Shown here: positions 1-12,290 of the stretch, piece after piece
Layout: each line of letters begins with the position of its first letter
How positions within the stretch are numbered: the stretch's first letter is position 1
Source of the DNA: Octopus sinensis
Lineage: Eukaryota
Length of the DNA: 64,000 nucleotides
Assembly (NCBI RefSeq): GCF_006345805.1
Contig: NC_043019.1
Coordinates: forward strand, 30,193,360 to 30,257,359
Direction: 5' to 3'
Notes under the pieces: generated by a model
The model's input: the letters and a program-made list of their open reading frames with translations, nothing else
What the model was told of the DNA's origin: nothing
The model's database searches: none
Position numbers and translations under genes: made by a program

Positions 1-118
1 TTGTCTTTCATCCTTTTTCAGGGTCGATAAATTAAGTACCAGTTACATACTCGGGTCGATGTAATCGACTTAGCCCCGCCCCCAAATTTCAGGCCTTGTG
101 CCTTTAATAGAAAGGATA

Positions 119-155
<37 letters not shown>

Positions 156-629
156 GTTTCCAACTAGCAATAACCACACCTTGGATTTACCTCATTGGCC
201 ATGGTACTGCCTCTGCGGTACCATTTTACTGGTGAGTGTGTTACATTATAAGGCACAAAAAGAAAATGACTCTCCCCAGACTCAACAGAATATGCTTCAA
301 CACACGAAGTCATATAAAGAATCTTGCAAACCAAATCCCAAAATGAAACATTAAACACTAAGTGTACTCAGGAAACAGATGTTCTTGAATGCCCAGCAGC
401 AGTCAAAGGTCAGCTAGCAGCAGTAGTAGAATCGCTAGTTCTAGATTTCTGATTTTAGCATCATCAGTAGCAGATATGTAAGTCACCTCATGCCAAGCAA
501 ATCTAAACTAGCTGATATGGATAAACAAAGATTGTAAGGTCACTGATGTTTGTATTTGGCCAGAAAACTGGGCAATAATTCATCTTTAGCAACAGAATTA
601 GATTTAGTTCAAAATTAGCAATCTGTATA

Positions 630-1141
630 CAGTGATACCTCGTTTATCGTGGTAGATTGGTTCCGAGACCGGCCGTGATAACTGAATTTCCGCAAAGTAG
701 TGACACCATATTTACAGTATTTATTTAACGTGTATTTGGACTTTTAAAACCCTCCCTGTACTGTTAACAACCCACCCATTACAGTAGTCTATTAATAACA
801 AGGACAACTGTTAAGCAATAACACTTTAGGTTTACAAAAATAAAGATTGTTACTGTTACACAGGCCAGATTACAAAATAGAAAGCTGTGATTCGTCGTCT
901 CTCTCCATTGCACCAATCACAGCCCGTCTTAAGTTCAAATACCCCTGTATATGCTTCTTTTGCTATTTTACACTTGTTTTGTGGTTCCTAGACTAGGAAA
1001 TAATATTTATTATTAATATTTTAATGGATTTAATGAAAAATTTTAGGCCTTCACATATATATATATATATATGTATATTTTAAAAATCTGCAGAGTCGTG
1101 AATCTGCGATAGTTGAACCACGAAGTAGCGAGGGATCACTG
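630..1141. mobile_element. pogo/Tigger-like non-autonomous DNA transposon (MITE)
   Basis: TA|CAGTGATACCTCG ... CGAGGGATCACTG|TA terminal inverted repeats with TA target duplication. Confidence 0.85.
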
Positions 1142-1392
1142 TACACGCTTAATGTATATATATTATTGAAAGCATTCTACACTGCTGTATTTATCTTAAG
1201 AAAGCATCTCTAATGATGTTGAAAACACAGACAAATATTAGCAGCAGGCAAAGGTCGCCTAGTAACAGCGGTGGAATTGCTAGATCTAAACTTTTGTTTA
1301 TTAGCTTCAACAAGTGACTATCACCTGCTACTCGTATTTGTCTTTGTTTTAATACTATTTATCTATAAGAGATGCTTATATATATTTATATA

Positions 1393-1748
1393 CTAGCAGT
1401 ATCACCCGGCGTTGCTCGGGTTTGTTTCGATCCTTTAGAATGGGAATTTTTGAAAACTAAAAATTTTTGCATTATTTAAGTGAACATTTTTCTGGTTGAA
1501 ATACTCCCAAAAAATAGCGACACAGCAGTCAAAAAATCGTAAAAAATAGGGATTTTCATAGTAAAAAAAGCACCTTTTTGATGTAAATAATTTTTGGTGT
1601 TAACATGATCCGATTTGAATTTTATCTTCTACGGAATGAAGAGCAAGCCTTCTATCATACTCTCAAATTTGGGTCTCGGAGGAGATAGTGTTAGCTGAAG
1701 GCTACCAAACCTGCCACACACAGACAACTTCAGCTTTATATATATAGA
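1393..1748 (-). mobile_element. Non-autonomous Helitron-like element
   Basis: Minus strand: 5' A|TCTATATATATAAAGCTGAAGTTG, 3' hairpin CCCGAGCAACGCCGGG then CTAG|T; second copy at 38495-38897. Confidence 0.8.
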
Positions 1749-1762
1749 TAAATATATATATA

Positions 1763-1818
<56 letters not shown>

Positions 1819-2345
1819 TGTGTGTGTGTACAGTATATGTACATTAAGTATGAATTCAAATAGCTTATATATCAATGGAACAGCTTGCTCATGAGCACTC
1901 CAGACATGTGTACCCCTTCACATATTTCTCAGGTAGATTCAGCATGACACATAGTGTGACATGGCTGGCCCCTTGAAATACAGGTACTACTCATCTTTGC
2001 AAGCTGAGTGGACTGAGGTAAAAATGAAATAAAGTGTCTTTCTCAGGGACACAACAAGCCACTGGGAATTGAACTCGTGACCCTATGATAGCAAGCTGAA
2101 TACCCTAACCACTTAGTCACTAAAAGTACTCTGATTTGCTCAAAGCATTGCAATATGTGTAAATGAGATAAATGTTTGCAAAAACCTATTGGCAGCCTGT
2201 GTTGATAACAATGCATTTCACCAAACTGCTTGATTATGTTTCCCTTCTTCTATTTGGAAAGGGGAATTTTTTCCCAAAATAGTATAGGGTCGTTAACATA
2301 TGTGATGCAATATTCTTTTCTCATATATAAATATGTATGTATGTG

Positions 2346-2531
2346 CCGGTGACACGTAAAAAGCACCCACTACAGTCTCAGAGTGGTTGGCGTTAGGAAG
2401 GGCATCCAGCTGTAGAAACACTGCCAGATCAGACTGGAGCTTGGTGCTGCCTCCTGGCTTCCCAGACGCCAGTCGAACCGTCCAACCCATGCCAGCATGG
2501 AAAACGGATGTTAAACGACAATGATGATGAT
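2346..2531 (+). mobile_element. Retroposon 3' fragment, family D, (GAT)n tail
   Basis: GGTTGGCGTTAGGAAGGGCATCCAGC...CCAACCCATGCCAGCATGGAAAACGGA; copies near 12895, 31392, 33040(-), 39570, 50218, 51000, 52000(-). Confidence 0.8.
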
Positions 2532-2753
2532 GTATGTATGTAGTTGCTGTTGTTGTTGTTAAGCAACAAGACGGGTAAGGGTGATTAGGAGATGGTCTAG
2601 GGTTTAGGGGCGGGAGACCCCAGACCTTAAGGAAAAAAAAACTTTAGTCATTTTGTTGTGGTTGAGGGCTCTTTGTTGATGCCCGACAGTACTGGGAGGT
2701 GGCCCTCGAAGTCGCTGGAAATGGAGATCTCCGGGTCCAAATTCTTGAACGGT

Positions 2754-2831
2754 TGTATGTATGTATATGTGTATATGTATGTATGTATGTATGTATATGT
2801 GTATATGTATGTATGTATGTATGTATATGTG

Positions 2832-2863
<32 letters not shown>

Positions 2864-2889
2864 TGTATGAATGTATGTATGTATGTATG

Positions 2890-2923
<34 letters not shown>

Positions 2924-2947
2924 TGTTTGTATATGTATGTATGTTTG

Positions 2948-2979
<32 letters not shown>

Positions 2980-3010
2980 TGTATATATATATACCTATAT
3001 ATATATATCT
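2754..3010. repeat. (ATGT)n microsatellite with a 30 bp higher-order unit
   Basis: ATGTATATGTGTATATGTATGTATGTATGT x3, then (ATGT)n. Confidence 0.95.
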
Positions 3011-3551
3011 AAGAGTTGAGGGTGAGATAATGAAGTGTTAAAGATGCATCAGTAGAGAGAGAGAGAGAGAGATAGAGAGATTAAGGTGACGAAAAAAGAG
3101 AGGCATAAAGTTCAAAAGCATGTGGGTATATATATATATAAGGAGGGATAGTGTGAGGGAAGAGGAGATGTTATTGATAAATCAAAGTAGAAGAGGGGAA
3201 GTGTGAAAAGAAGACAGATATAGAGATTTAAATAGAGAGCTATATATATCAACTCTATGTCGACAATGAGATGAGACAGAATGGTAGCAAATCACCAAAA
3301 TAGTACTGGAAGTGAACTGTAATCAGTGTCTCTTATCAAGTGTCCTACACTTGACTTGATAAATCAAACCAGTGGGAAAAAAATACTATAAATAGTGCTA
3401 CTAGTTTACTGTAGTATGATAAATTTACCTGATAACCATGTATTAGAAAAGACAAGTTTAGTAGAAGAGGATTATTATACTGGTTAAAAGCTAGAAAATT
3501 ACTGTTTGTAAATCTCACAACGAGAGATATTCAGCAACAGTACTTTGGAGT

Positions 3552-3790
3552 AAAGATTATTTGCCAACGTAACATGGCAGTCCTGGTTTAGGACGGATGT
3601 TGCTGTAATTTAACCTCATGAGACATTGTCTCCAGATGGCTATACAATGCGATCTGTATCCTTATATTTTCGAAAATATAAGGACACAGATCGTGTCATA
3701 TAGCCAGCTGGAGACAACATCTCCTGGGGCTAAATTACAGTAACATTTGTCCTAAACCAGGACTGCCATTTTATGTTGTAAATAATCTTT
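3552..3790. repeat. About 240 bp loop-less palindrome (fold-back element)
   Basis: Arms are reverse complements around the centre TATATTTTCGAAAATATA (3671/3672). Confidence 0.9.
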
Positions 3791-3814
3791 TCTGGTTAAA
3801 CATTGTTAGTTCAT

Positions 3815-4026
3815 CCCTTTAGAATTTAAACCACCCACATCTGGTCCAAATGTTCTGTTTTACATTTAAACTAACCAAATCTGACCTCAAACACACCCAC
3901 AATGTAATTCTAAAAATAAAGATTCCCACCCTCGAAATCTTGAAACTATGAGATAATTCATGACTAATTCCACTCAATGTGAATAAATAAGCATTACATT
4001 TGATGGAGTAATCTGAATGCTAAAGG
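3815..4026. mobile_element. piggyBac-like MITE
   Basis: CCCTTTAGAATT ... AATGCTAAAGG|TTAA ends; homologous to 17988-18631, which begins TTAA|CCTTTTAGCATT. Confidence 0.6.
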
Positions 4027-4151
4027 TTAAGGGCAGTAAGGTGCGGTTTGAAAGAGAATCTACCTGCTATTTTGAGCAACCATGTAAAGACACTCCTGTT
4101 TGCTTGATAACACTGGTTTACAAAGCAATTGAGGCAAACATAAAAATAGTC

Positions 4152-4412
4152 ATTACGTTTATATATTTGTTTTGCAAGATTCTTGATGTGAAATCGTGTG
4201 TTGAAACAGATATTGTTGTATTTGGGGATGGTCGTGTTGCCAGTTTAGCCAATAAAAACATACGCACTCTATATTTGCTTTTAATTTGCTTCAGCTTTAT
4301 TTTATTTTAATGTAAAAAGTAAAAAAAAGCTGAAGCAAATTAACACCAAATATATAGTGCATGTATTTTATTGGCTAAACTAGCAACATGACCATCCCCA
4401 AATACAATAATA
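4152..4412. repeat. Insertion containing a 200 bp inverted repeat (4211-4412), flanked by a 12 bp direct repeat
   Basis: ATAAAAATAGTC at 4140-4151 and 4410-4421; arms TATTGTTGTATTTGGGGATGGTC... and ...GACCATCCCCAAATACAATAATA. Confidence 0.8.
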
Positions 4413-5087
4413 AAAATAGTCGTTCTAGTCTAATTTTAGGGTGCTGATTTCAGATACAAAACTACTTTTCACTCATCACCTCTGGTTTTTGAGATGAACA
4501 TTATTATGATTTTGCAACAATTCACGTAACCATATATATATGACCAATTTTTATTTTTTTGCCAGATTTTTGTAATACATACGATATATATATCTACAAT
4601 AGCTTCAGGTACTTCAAAAGACTGAGGATGCATCAACAAGGCAAATTCTGCTACATGTGTAGGGATTTCACGACAGTTGCACAACGCCAAGCAATTACTT
4701 CCCTCCTGAGAACTGATATTTTCATTGTTTTGACCGTAAAATTGGAGATCAGGGCAAATCTTGGGCCCCACACATCTATTGAAAACCTTGCAACAATGAA
4801 CTAACTGCATGATTTAATGGCAAGAAAGCAGCCTTCAGCTTTGCTGTCCTGATGGTCTGGAGAGAGCCATGAAGCCATGCAGATGATTGTTATTTTTGTC
4901 TAACAAATATAACAAGTTTCAATGCTTCTTCTAGAAAAAAGATCAAATATCCCAACCTTCCTTCAGCTATGAGACCTGTCCCCCACTCAGATCATCTCTC
5001 TGTCCCTACACCCCCAGCAAATAAGGATCTTCTTCCTTCATCAGATGAAGAAATGCCTTCAGGGGAAAATTCTGCCAAGTTGATCCC

Positions 5088-5459
5088 TCTCTTTACTCTT
5101 TTACTCTTTTACTTGTTTCAGTCATTTGACCGCGGCCATGCTGGAGCACCGCCTTTAATCGAGCAACTCGACCCCGGGACTTATTCTTTTGTAAGTCCAG
5201 TACTTATTCTATCGGTCTATTTTGCCGAACCGCTAAGTAACGGGGACATAAACACACCAGCATCGGATGCTAGGGGAACAAACACAGACACACAAACACA
5301 CACACGCATATATATATACGACGGGCTTCTTTCAGTTTCCGTCTACCAAATCCACTCACAAGGCTTTGGTCGGCCCGAGGCTATAGTAGAAGACACTTAC
5401 CCAAGATGCCACGCAGTGGGACTGAACCCGAAACCATGTGGTTGGTAAACAAGCTACTT
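5088..5459 (-). mobile_element. tRNA-derived SINE, family A (CORE-like centre, internal TA/TG microsatellite)
   Basis: Matches more than 10 other copies in the window; B box GGTTCAGTCCC, CTTGGGYAAGTGTCTT core, (GTAAAAGA)n tail. Confidence 0.85.
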
Positions 5460-6504
5460 GTTTATTTAGGAGCAAGTGGCAACGAGCCCCACTGGATCAT
5501 GCAGGAAGACCTGAATGACCAGAATTGACCTGAATGACCAGGAAGACCTGAATGACCTAGCCAGGGATTTGTATCTATCTAAGAAGCAGTCTTTCCCCAC
5601 TCTTTCCTCTTGCTGAGCCAAGCGTGGCTCGAGAAGGAACAAACATTCTGTAGTGAGATATCTATACATCATTCGGTTTAAGTGACAAAAGCTTGTGCAA
5701 CATATGCCACTCCCTCGGTCGGCATTGCAAGTCAAAGTGCTAAGCATTGCAAGATGATGGATGCTATTTTGACTGCAAGTTTCATTTCAGAGTATGTTTC
5801 CTAAAAGAGCTACCCTTCCCACGGTTTTGTCAATAAATAATGGGAGTTTTCTCTGCCATATACACATACGGTTTTGTTATCTTCAGCACTGATTGTGCCC
5901 TTGTCTTTCTGTCTCTGCTTCTCTTTGTTTACACATTTCGTTCATCTTTTCTGGCTGACTTCCAAGAGATGAGGAGAGGAGATATTGTAAAAGCTACTAA
6001 ATCTATTCATATTACCGATTAAACAAAACTGCATTGAAGCGTTCTGTTCCCATATCAATAAGTAGCAACAAGTCTTAATAAAAACACACACATACAACAC
6101 GGATTTAACTGGCATGCACATATAGAGAGACTTGTGCATACAGATATGAACATGTACACACACACACACACATACAGAGTTACAGACCTATGCATAAACA
6201 ACCGTGCACCCATATGCATAGGCAGACAATGCAAACTTAGGTGCATACCAGTAACTCCTTACATCACCCACATATTCACAAATGCGTCCAATCACATTTA
6301 TTTGTTTGAAATGGGGTGAGCAGTGATTTAGTCAAAGGCAAAAGAGAAGCATTTAAGAACTTTTTCAGAGCCTCCAAAACTGATGGAATGTGGAGAGGAA
6401 TTTATCCTAAGACAGGAGACCCTCGATGTTGGCAGAGAGTGGACCTTGCAAAAGGGTTACCAAAGACCCAATGGGTGTGTTAAACTGTGCAAGGAATTAA
6501 GTCT

Positions 6505-7100
6505 AGACACACACACACATGCACACACACACACATACACATAAACACTCTCACATAAATATAGATGCATACACAAACACAAACACACACACACACACAT
6601 GCACATGCATGCACACAGACACACACACACATACACACACACAACACACACATGCACATACATGCACACACATACACACACACAACACACACATGCACAT
6701 ACATGCACACACATACACACACACAACACACACATGCACATACATGCACACACATACACACACACAACACACACATGCACATACATGCACACACATACAC
6801 ACACACAACACACACATGCACATACATGCACACACATACACACACACAACACACACATGCACATACATGCACACACATACACACACACAACACACACATG
6901 CACATACATGCACACACAGCACACACATGCATAACGCACACACATACAGACAATAGACACATGTACACACACACACACACAGAAACACTCTCACATAAAC
7001 ACAGATGCATACACAAACACCCCCCCACTCACACATACACACAAACACACACCCTTGCACACGCATACACAGACACACACACACACACACACACACACCA
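6505..7100. repeat. CA-rich simple repeat containing a 41 bp minisatellite (about 7 units, 6631-6917)
   Basis: Unit ATACACACACACAACACACACATGCACATACATGCACACAC repeated exactly. Confidence 0.95.
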
Positions 7101-8157
7101 CTTGTAATTCCTTTTATCTTCAGTTATTCTATTCCGAATCCTTGCCACTTGTCATCCACCCTGATTACATTTATAAACTGCAGATCATTCAAACCCATTT
7201 CTCTTCTCCACCCTAAGCATCTATTAACACCAGCGACTGAAGGGGCTTTTATGTGATCAAGCCACCTGCTAGAAATAACACTTGAATCTTCTTCCAGTTA
7301 CACTACATCATCCTAAAAATAGATGGACATATTTGTTACCAATATAAACTGTGTTGTATTGGTGTTATCCTTGTTTAGCCCTGAGTCACTCCTGACTGAG
7401 AAGACCTATGATCAAAGATATTCCATCCATGGCTATTCCATCTTGTTTCTATACTTCATGTGCTTAGGACTTCATTATCAAATGTATCTTTTCTTCATTT
7501 ATGGTTGCAGAGTGAGATATTGGAGAGATTTGGTTGCTATTTCTAGCTGGTCAGAGATCTATATAGAGGTTTCTTCATTGGCCTGGTGATTTGATGTTAG
7601 TCAACATGACAAAAGTATATGAAGTTTCTTATTTCTTTGCTGCCCACAGGGGCTACACACAGAGGGGACAAATAAGGACAGGCAAATGGATTAAGTCAAT
7701 TATATCGATCCCAGTGCATAACTGGTACTTATTTAATCGACCCCGGAAGGACGAAAGGCAAAGTATGTGTGTGTTTGTCTCCTCAACATCGCTTGACAAC
7801 TGGTGCTGGTGTATTTACGTCCCTGTCACTTAGCAGTTCGGCAAGAGCGACTGATAGAATATGTACTAGGCTTACAAAGAATAAGTCCTGGGGTCAATTT
7901 GCTCGACTAAAGGCGGTGCTCCAGCATGGCTGCAGTCAAATGACTGAAACAAATAAAAGAAAAAAAAAAGAAAGAGATGAACGCGGTACTAGCAAGTAGT
8001 GTTTGTTGCTTCTTCAACACGGCTGTTCCTTTCAAACAGACGTTACTGCAATGTTTTAACCCCAAGAGGACATTTCCTCTAGTAGGTTAACGATACAATC
8101 TGCAACTGATATAGTGTAAGCAGGGGAGCGAACCCTTGCCACCTTCTAGCAACAAGA

Positions 8158-8206
8158 CCGTAGACCAGTTGGTTTCGAGTTATTTTCTGCCCATCTTCAG
8201 TACTGG
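8158..8206 (-). ncRNA. Type I hammerhead ribozyme motif (Penelope-like)
   Basis: Minus strand: GTA-CTGAAGA-T-ggg..ctc-GAAA-CCA-AC-TGG-TC-TAC, giving stem I, an intact core, a short stem II, stem III and a GUC triplet. Confidence 0.6.
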
Positions 8207-8353
8207 ACACCTTGCCTGCTAGAGATGGCAGTAGCTCGCTTCTGTTAGCAATATATATATATAAATTCGAGCAACATTTGGTTGCTGATCTTGCAGTAAT
8301 ACTTATGACAATAAAATAACATAAGATAAAGCAGCATTTATAACAATGTAATA

Positions 8354-8661
8354 TCATGTCACCGTGACCGACCAGGCTATCAGATGTTGCTACATATCGC
8401 TGGTCACAATGCGCTTCACATTGTTTTAGCCATCAAATGACGCCACCCCGCTGGCTAAGTGAGCAGGCCAACAGAAGAAAGAGTGAGAGAAAGTTGCGGC
8501 GAAGGAGTACAGCAGGGATCGCTACCGGCCCCTGCCAGAGCCTCATGGAGCTTTAGGTGTTTTTGCTCAATAAACACTCACAATGCCCGGTCTGGGAATC
8601 GAAACCGCGATCCTATGACCGTGAGTCTGCTGCCCTAACCACTGGGCCATTACGCTTCCAC
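8354..8661 (-). mobile_element. tRNA-derived SINE family C, 13 bp TSD
   Basis: TAACAATGTAATA at 8341-8353 and 8662-8674; head TGGCCCAGTGGTTAGGGC...GGTTTCGATTCCC. Confidence 0.88.
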
Positions 8662-9504
8662 TAACAATGTAATAAGATCCTTGAAATCAATGCCAAATCT
8701 CACAAATGACTTAGTTACTAGAATTAATTATCAATACTTTATGCATAAATAGATTGACTTGATACTAAATGTCTACCAGACTTAGCTGATTAATGAATGT
8801 ACAAGATATTCTAGTAAACAGACTCTTGTGACAAATGATCGTTGAAATGTTTACTAGTCTTTCGTAATAGCTGTCTTTAGTATTGGCAAACATCTTCAAA
8901 ATGTCCTTATAAATGTCAAAACCAGCTGTGCAGAATAGCTAAGATGCCAAGGATATGATTTTCCACAGAACTAACCTACGCCTTAATTCGCTGTGAAAAT
9001 TGTTGCTTTTTGTGTCTTGCTTGAATGGATGCCAAAGGATTATCATTTAGATCCTCATCCTCTCAAGTTTCATTTTTCAAAGTACTGATAGCTGCAAAAA
9101 AGTTGGCAAGAGAAAAGCAATTATTACCATTAGATAAACATTCATGATTTTTTGAATTAATAGCTTCGAGGCCATGATTTGCCATTGTCAGTAATTGTGG
9201 ATAAATAACATCATTTGCAATTCTGGAAATAAAAGAATCATTTCCTGACTCTTTTTCATGCCATCTGCTAGTTTTTTTGGAATTATAGTCTTTTACTTGA
9301 TGTTTTAGCCCTACAAGTGATCTTATCTCTGTTTCTTAAACTCAATCATGTTGCTATTTTTTTTTGTCAGAATTATAAAAAGCAGCGAATATATTACAAG
9401 ATTATCAAAAAAATTTTTTTCAAAGCTTGACAGCTTTAAATGCTATGAAAGTTCTCATAAAACAAATAATTATTTGCAAGTTCAATCTTATTATTAGACC
9501 AGGT

Positions 9505-9901
9505 CAAGGCGGTGAGCTGGCAGAACCGTTAGCATGCTAGGCAAAATGCTTAGTGGTATTTCGTCTGCTGCTACATTCTGAGTTCAAATTCCCCCGAGGT
9601 CGACTTTGCCTTTCATCCTTTCAGGTCGATTAAATAAGTACCAGTTACATACTGGGGGTCGATTTAACCGACTTAATTCGTTTGTCTGTCCTTGTTTATC
9701 CTCTCTGTGTTTAGCCCCTTGTGGGTAGTAAAGAAATAGGTATTTCGTCCACCACTTTGCTCTGAGTTCAAATTCCACCGAGGATGACTTTTTCTTTCAT
9801 CCTTTTGGGGTTGATTAAATAAGCACCAGTTACACACTGGGGTCGATGTAATCAGCTTAATCACATCCTCCAAGCGGCCCTTGTGGCAAAAATTTGAAAT
9901 C
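9505..9901 (+). mobile_element. tRNA-derived SINE family B, dimeric form, 15 bp TSD
   Basis: ATTATTAGACCAGGT at 9490-9504 and 9902-9916; the body GCCTTTCATCCTTTC.GGGTCGAT.AA.TAAGTACCAG occurs twice (resembles the Meta-SINE central domain, from memory). Confidence 0.85.
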
Positions 9902-10170
9902 ATTATTAGACCAGGTTACAGTTTCTGTGATGAAGATTTTGACACCAAATAAATAATAAATGTTTAAAGGTATTCAACAGTCTTTGTACATTTTTGAATG
10001 ACTAACATGTCTTCCATGAAACAATCATTTCGATTTAATAGCATAACTGAAACAGCTGTTATAGTTTCTTGTGTAAGAAATCCGAATTCTTAGCCATAAT
10101 GAATCAGGAAATTACTGAAGTATATTAATACTCAGGTAGGAAACCAGTAGTATTAATATTCAGGTAGAAA

Positions 10171-10379
10171 CCATTACCATCTCTCTGATCACTGCTCTTT
10201 GTTCTTCTTTGGTGCACACCTGTAAAGCCAGAAAAAAAAAAGTTAGCCTGATCAGGCTAAAACTTAGATCACATAACCACAATAGTACCAGCTATAAGCA
10301 TGTATGCGCCGGAGGCAGTGTGACAATAATAAAGATATGTTATGGCAAATGTGCACATAATTTTTGACTTCTCCTTGTA
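10171..10379 (-). mobile_element. Mariner terminal arm
   Basis: Reverse complement begins TA|CAAGGAGAAGTCAAAAATTATGTGCA and aligns with 11746-11950. Confidence 0.75.
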
Positions 10380-11162
10380 TAAAGGGCTCACTCTTGTTTG
10401 TGTGCACTATTTATATTTGTAGACTCGTTGTTAGGTACAGCAATAGGATTAAAAAGTTTAAAACACTTATACAGGAAGGATGAAAGGTAAAGTTGACCCC
10501 AGCAGGATTTGAACTCAGAACATGAAGAGCTGGAAAAATTATTAGTAATATATCAAGTATAATATTTGAATAGCTTAGTGATGACATTGTTCTGTGAGTC
10601 AGGATGAAGTGCCTGCTTGTTCCACCTCAGAAAATTGTGAAGTGTTATGAACTGACATTTTGCTTCTGATTTGCTCTCATGAGAAAACTTACAAATGTTT
10701 GGTAAATATCTTGTAATGAATATAAGAAGCAAATGAATATTAATATAATACCAGACCTGTTATCTGGCTTCCGGAAATCTGGTATTTCCAGGAATCTGGG
10801 AATTCTATGCAAAACTGTGCAATATACTGCACCTCAACTGGGTAAACAAACCCTGATTTTGAAGTTAATTTGCATATGGTGTATAAAAAACAATTTTGTT
10901 CTTTACTTTCTTTAAGTATACCGATAAAGATTAAACATACACAGTTTTAGAATTGTATCAATTCATGCTTGTAACTGTTAAATAAAATTATGTTCTTTAC
11001 TTTTCTTCATCTAATTTTCATCCTTTAAACATTATACATGGTGCAGTATGATGTATTTTAAGAACTTTAAATGTATTAATAAATATCAAACAGACCCGGC
11101 TTTAGAAGTGTATTAATTTGAATCTATTCTATTAAGTACCGTTTAGTTCCTTACTTTCCATA

Positions 11163-11377
11163 TTCTTTTATTCTTTTATTTGTTTCAGTCATTTGACTGT
11201 GGCCATGCAGGAGCACCACCTTTAGCTGAGCAAATCGACCCCAGGACTTATTCTTTGTAAGCCTAGTACTTATTCCATTGGTCTCTCTTGCTGAACCGCT
11301 AAGTGATGGGGGATGTAAACTCACCAGCATCGGTTGTCAAGAGATGTTGGGGGGACAAGCACAGACACACCAACATA

Positions 11378-11426
<49 letters not shown>

Positions 11427-11583
11427 GACAGGCTTCTTTCAGTTTCCGTCTACCAAGTCTACTCACAAGGCTTTGGTCAGCCTGAAGCTATAGTAGAAGA
11501 CACTTGCCCAAGGTGCCACACAGTGGGATTGAACCTGGAACCATGTGGTTGGTAAGCAGGCTACATACCACTCAGCCACTCCT
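11163..11583 (-). mobile_element. SINE family A, full length
   Basis: Reverse complement of the head-microsatellite-tail structure seen at 32180-32584. Confidence 0.85.
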
Positions 11584-11745
11584 TTATTTTTTTATTTTAA
11601 GTATATATTTCAGCTGTCTCCAGAAAACTGCAAAATCCAGAATCTGAGACACTTCTGGTCCCAGGTTTGACAGATAAGCATTCTGGTACTGTACCAGAGC
11701 AAAGACTGGTGATAAGTTGTTCTGTTTCTTTCTTCATTCAGAAAG

Positions 11746-12290
11746 TACAAGGGGAAGTCAAAAATTATCTGCATTTTCACCATAACATATCTTCATTATT
11801 GTCATACTACCTTCTGTGCATGCATGCTTATAGTTGATGTTATTGATCGAAATTCGAGCCTGATTGCGACATTTTTCTTTCTGGCTTTACAGTGTAAGCA
11901 TGGCCACTCTACCAGCAATATGCAGCAAAGAAGAACAAATATCAGTGATCCAATTTCTCTGGTCAGAAGGTGTGTCAGGTGCTGAAATTCATTGGAGGCT
12001 TTTAGCACAATACAGGGACAGTGCACTACTGTGTAGAAGTGTGTAAGAGTGGATTGAGAAGTGTTAAGAGTGGCCGGACAAATGTGATGCACGAAGAGAA
12101 AGTAGGACATCCATCCACTTCCACCACTGACGAGAAGATTCAGCAAGCTCGACAGATGGTGCTAGTGAACTGGTTCACCATTACCATCTCTTGAATCACT
12201 GCTCTTTGTTCTTCTTTGGTGCACATCTGTAAAGCCAGAAAAATAAAATGGCATGATTAGGCTAAAACTTAGATCACATGACCACAATAG
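11746..12290 (+). mobile_element. Mariner relic: TIR, transposase N-terminus and truncated inverted arm
   Basis: TA|CAAGGGGAAGTCAAAAATTATCTGCA; CSKEEQISVIQFLWSEGVSGAEIHWRLLAQY...SV*EWIE..KSGRTNV..E..GHPSTS is the mariner HTH region. Confidence 0.85.

Larger units (their letters stand above)
4111..5592 (+). mobile_element. Decayed Chapaev3-like DNA transposon, 5' part, interrupted by two insertions
   Basis: Starts TAA|CACTGGTTTACAAA. The broken frame encodes FCYMC...KIGDQGKSWAPH...VWREP*SHADDCYFC...YPNLPSAMRPVPHS...EPHWIMQEDLND..LARDLYLSK, with stops and frameshifts. The family name is recalled from these motifs. Confidence 0.72.

Noticed and set aside
2565-2753. GC-rich fragment with an (AAC)n tail on the minus strand
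   Set aside because: Probably a retroposon 3' end, but it is single-copy here and its translation is unrecognisable.
6457-7107. Long ORFs rich in C/V/M/Y or H/T (also 2658-3019, 13702-14219, 53332-54695, 63272-63516)
   Set aside because: They are translations of CA/TG/TA microsatellites, open in several frames on both strands; not genes.
8690-9480. Coding-like non-repetitive stretch
   Set aside because: Frequent stops in the plus-strand frames I read, no ORF-track hit, no recognisable motif or splice pair; possibly an ancient TE but not supportable.
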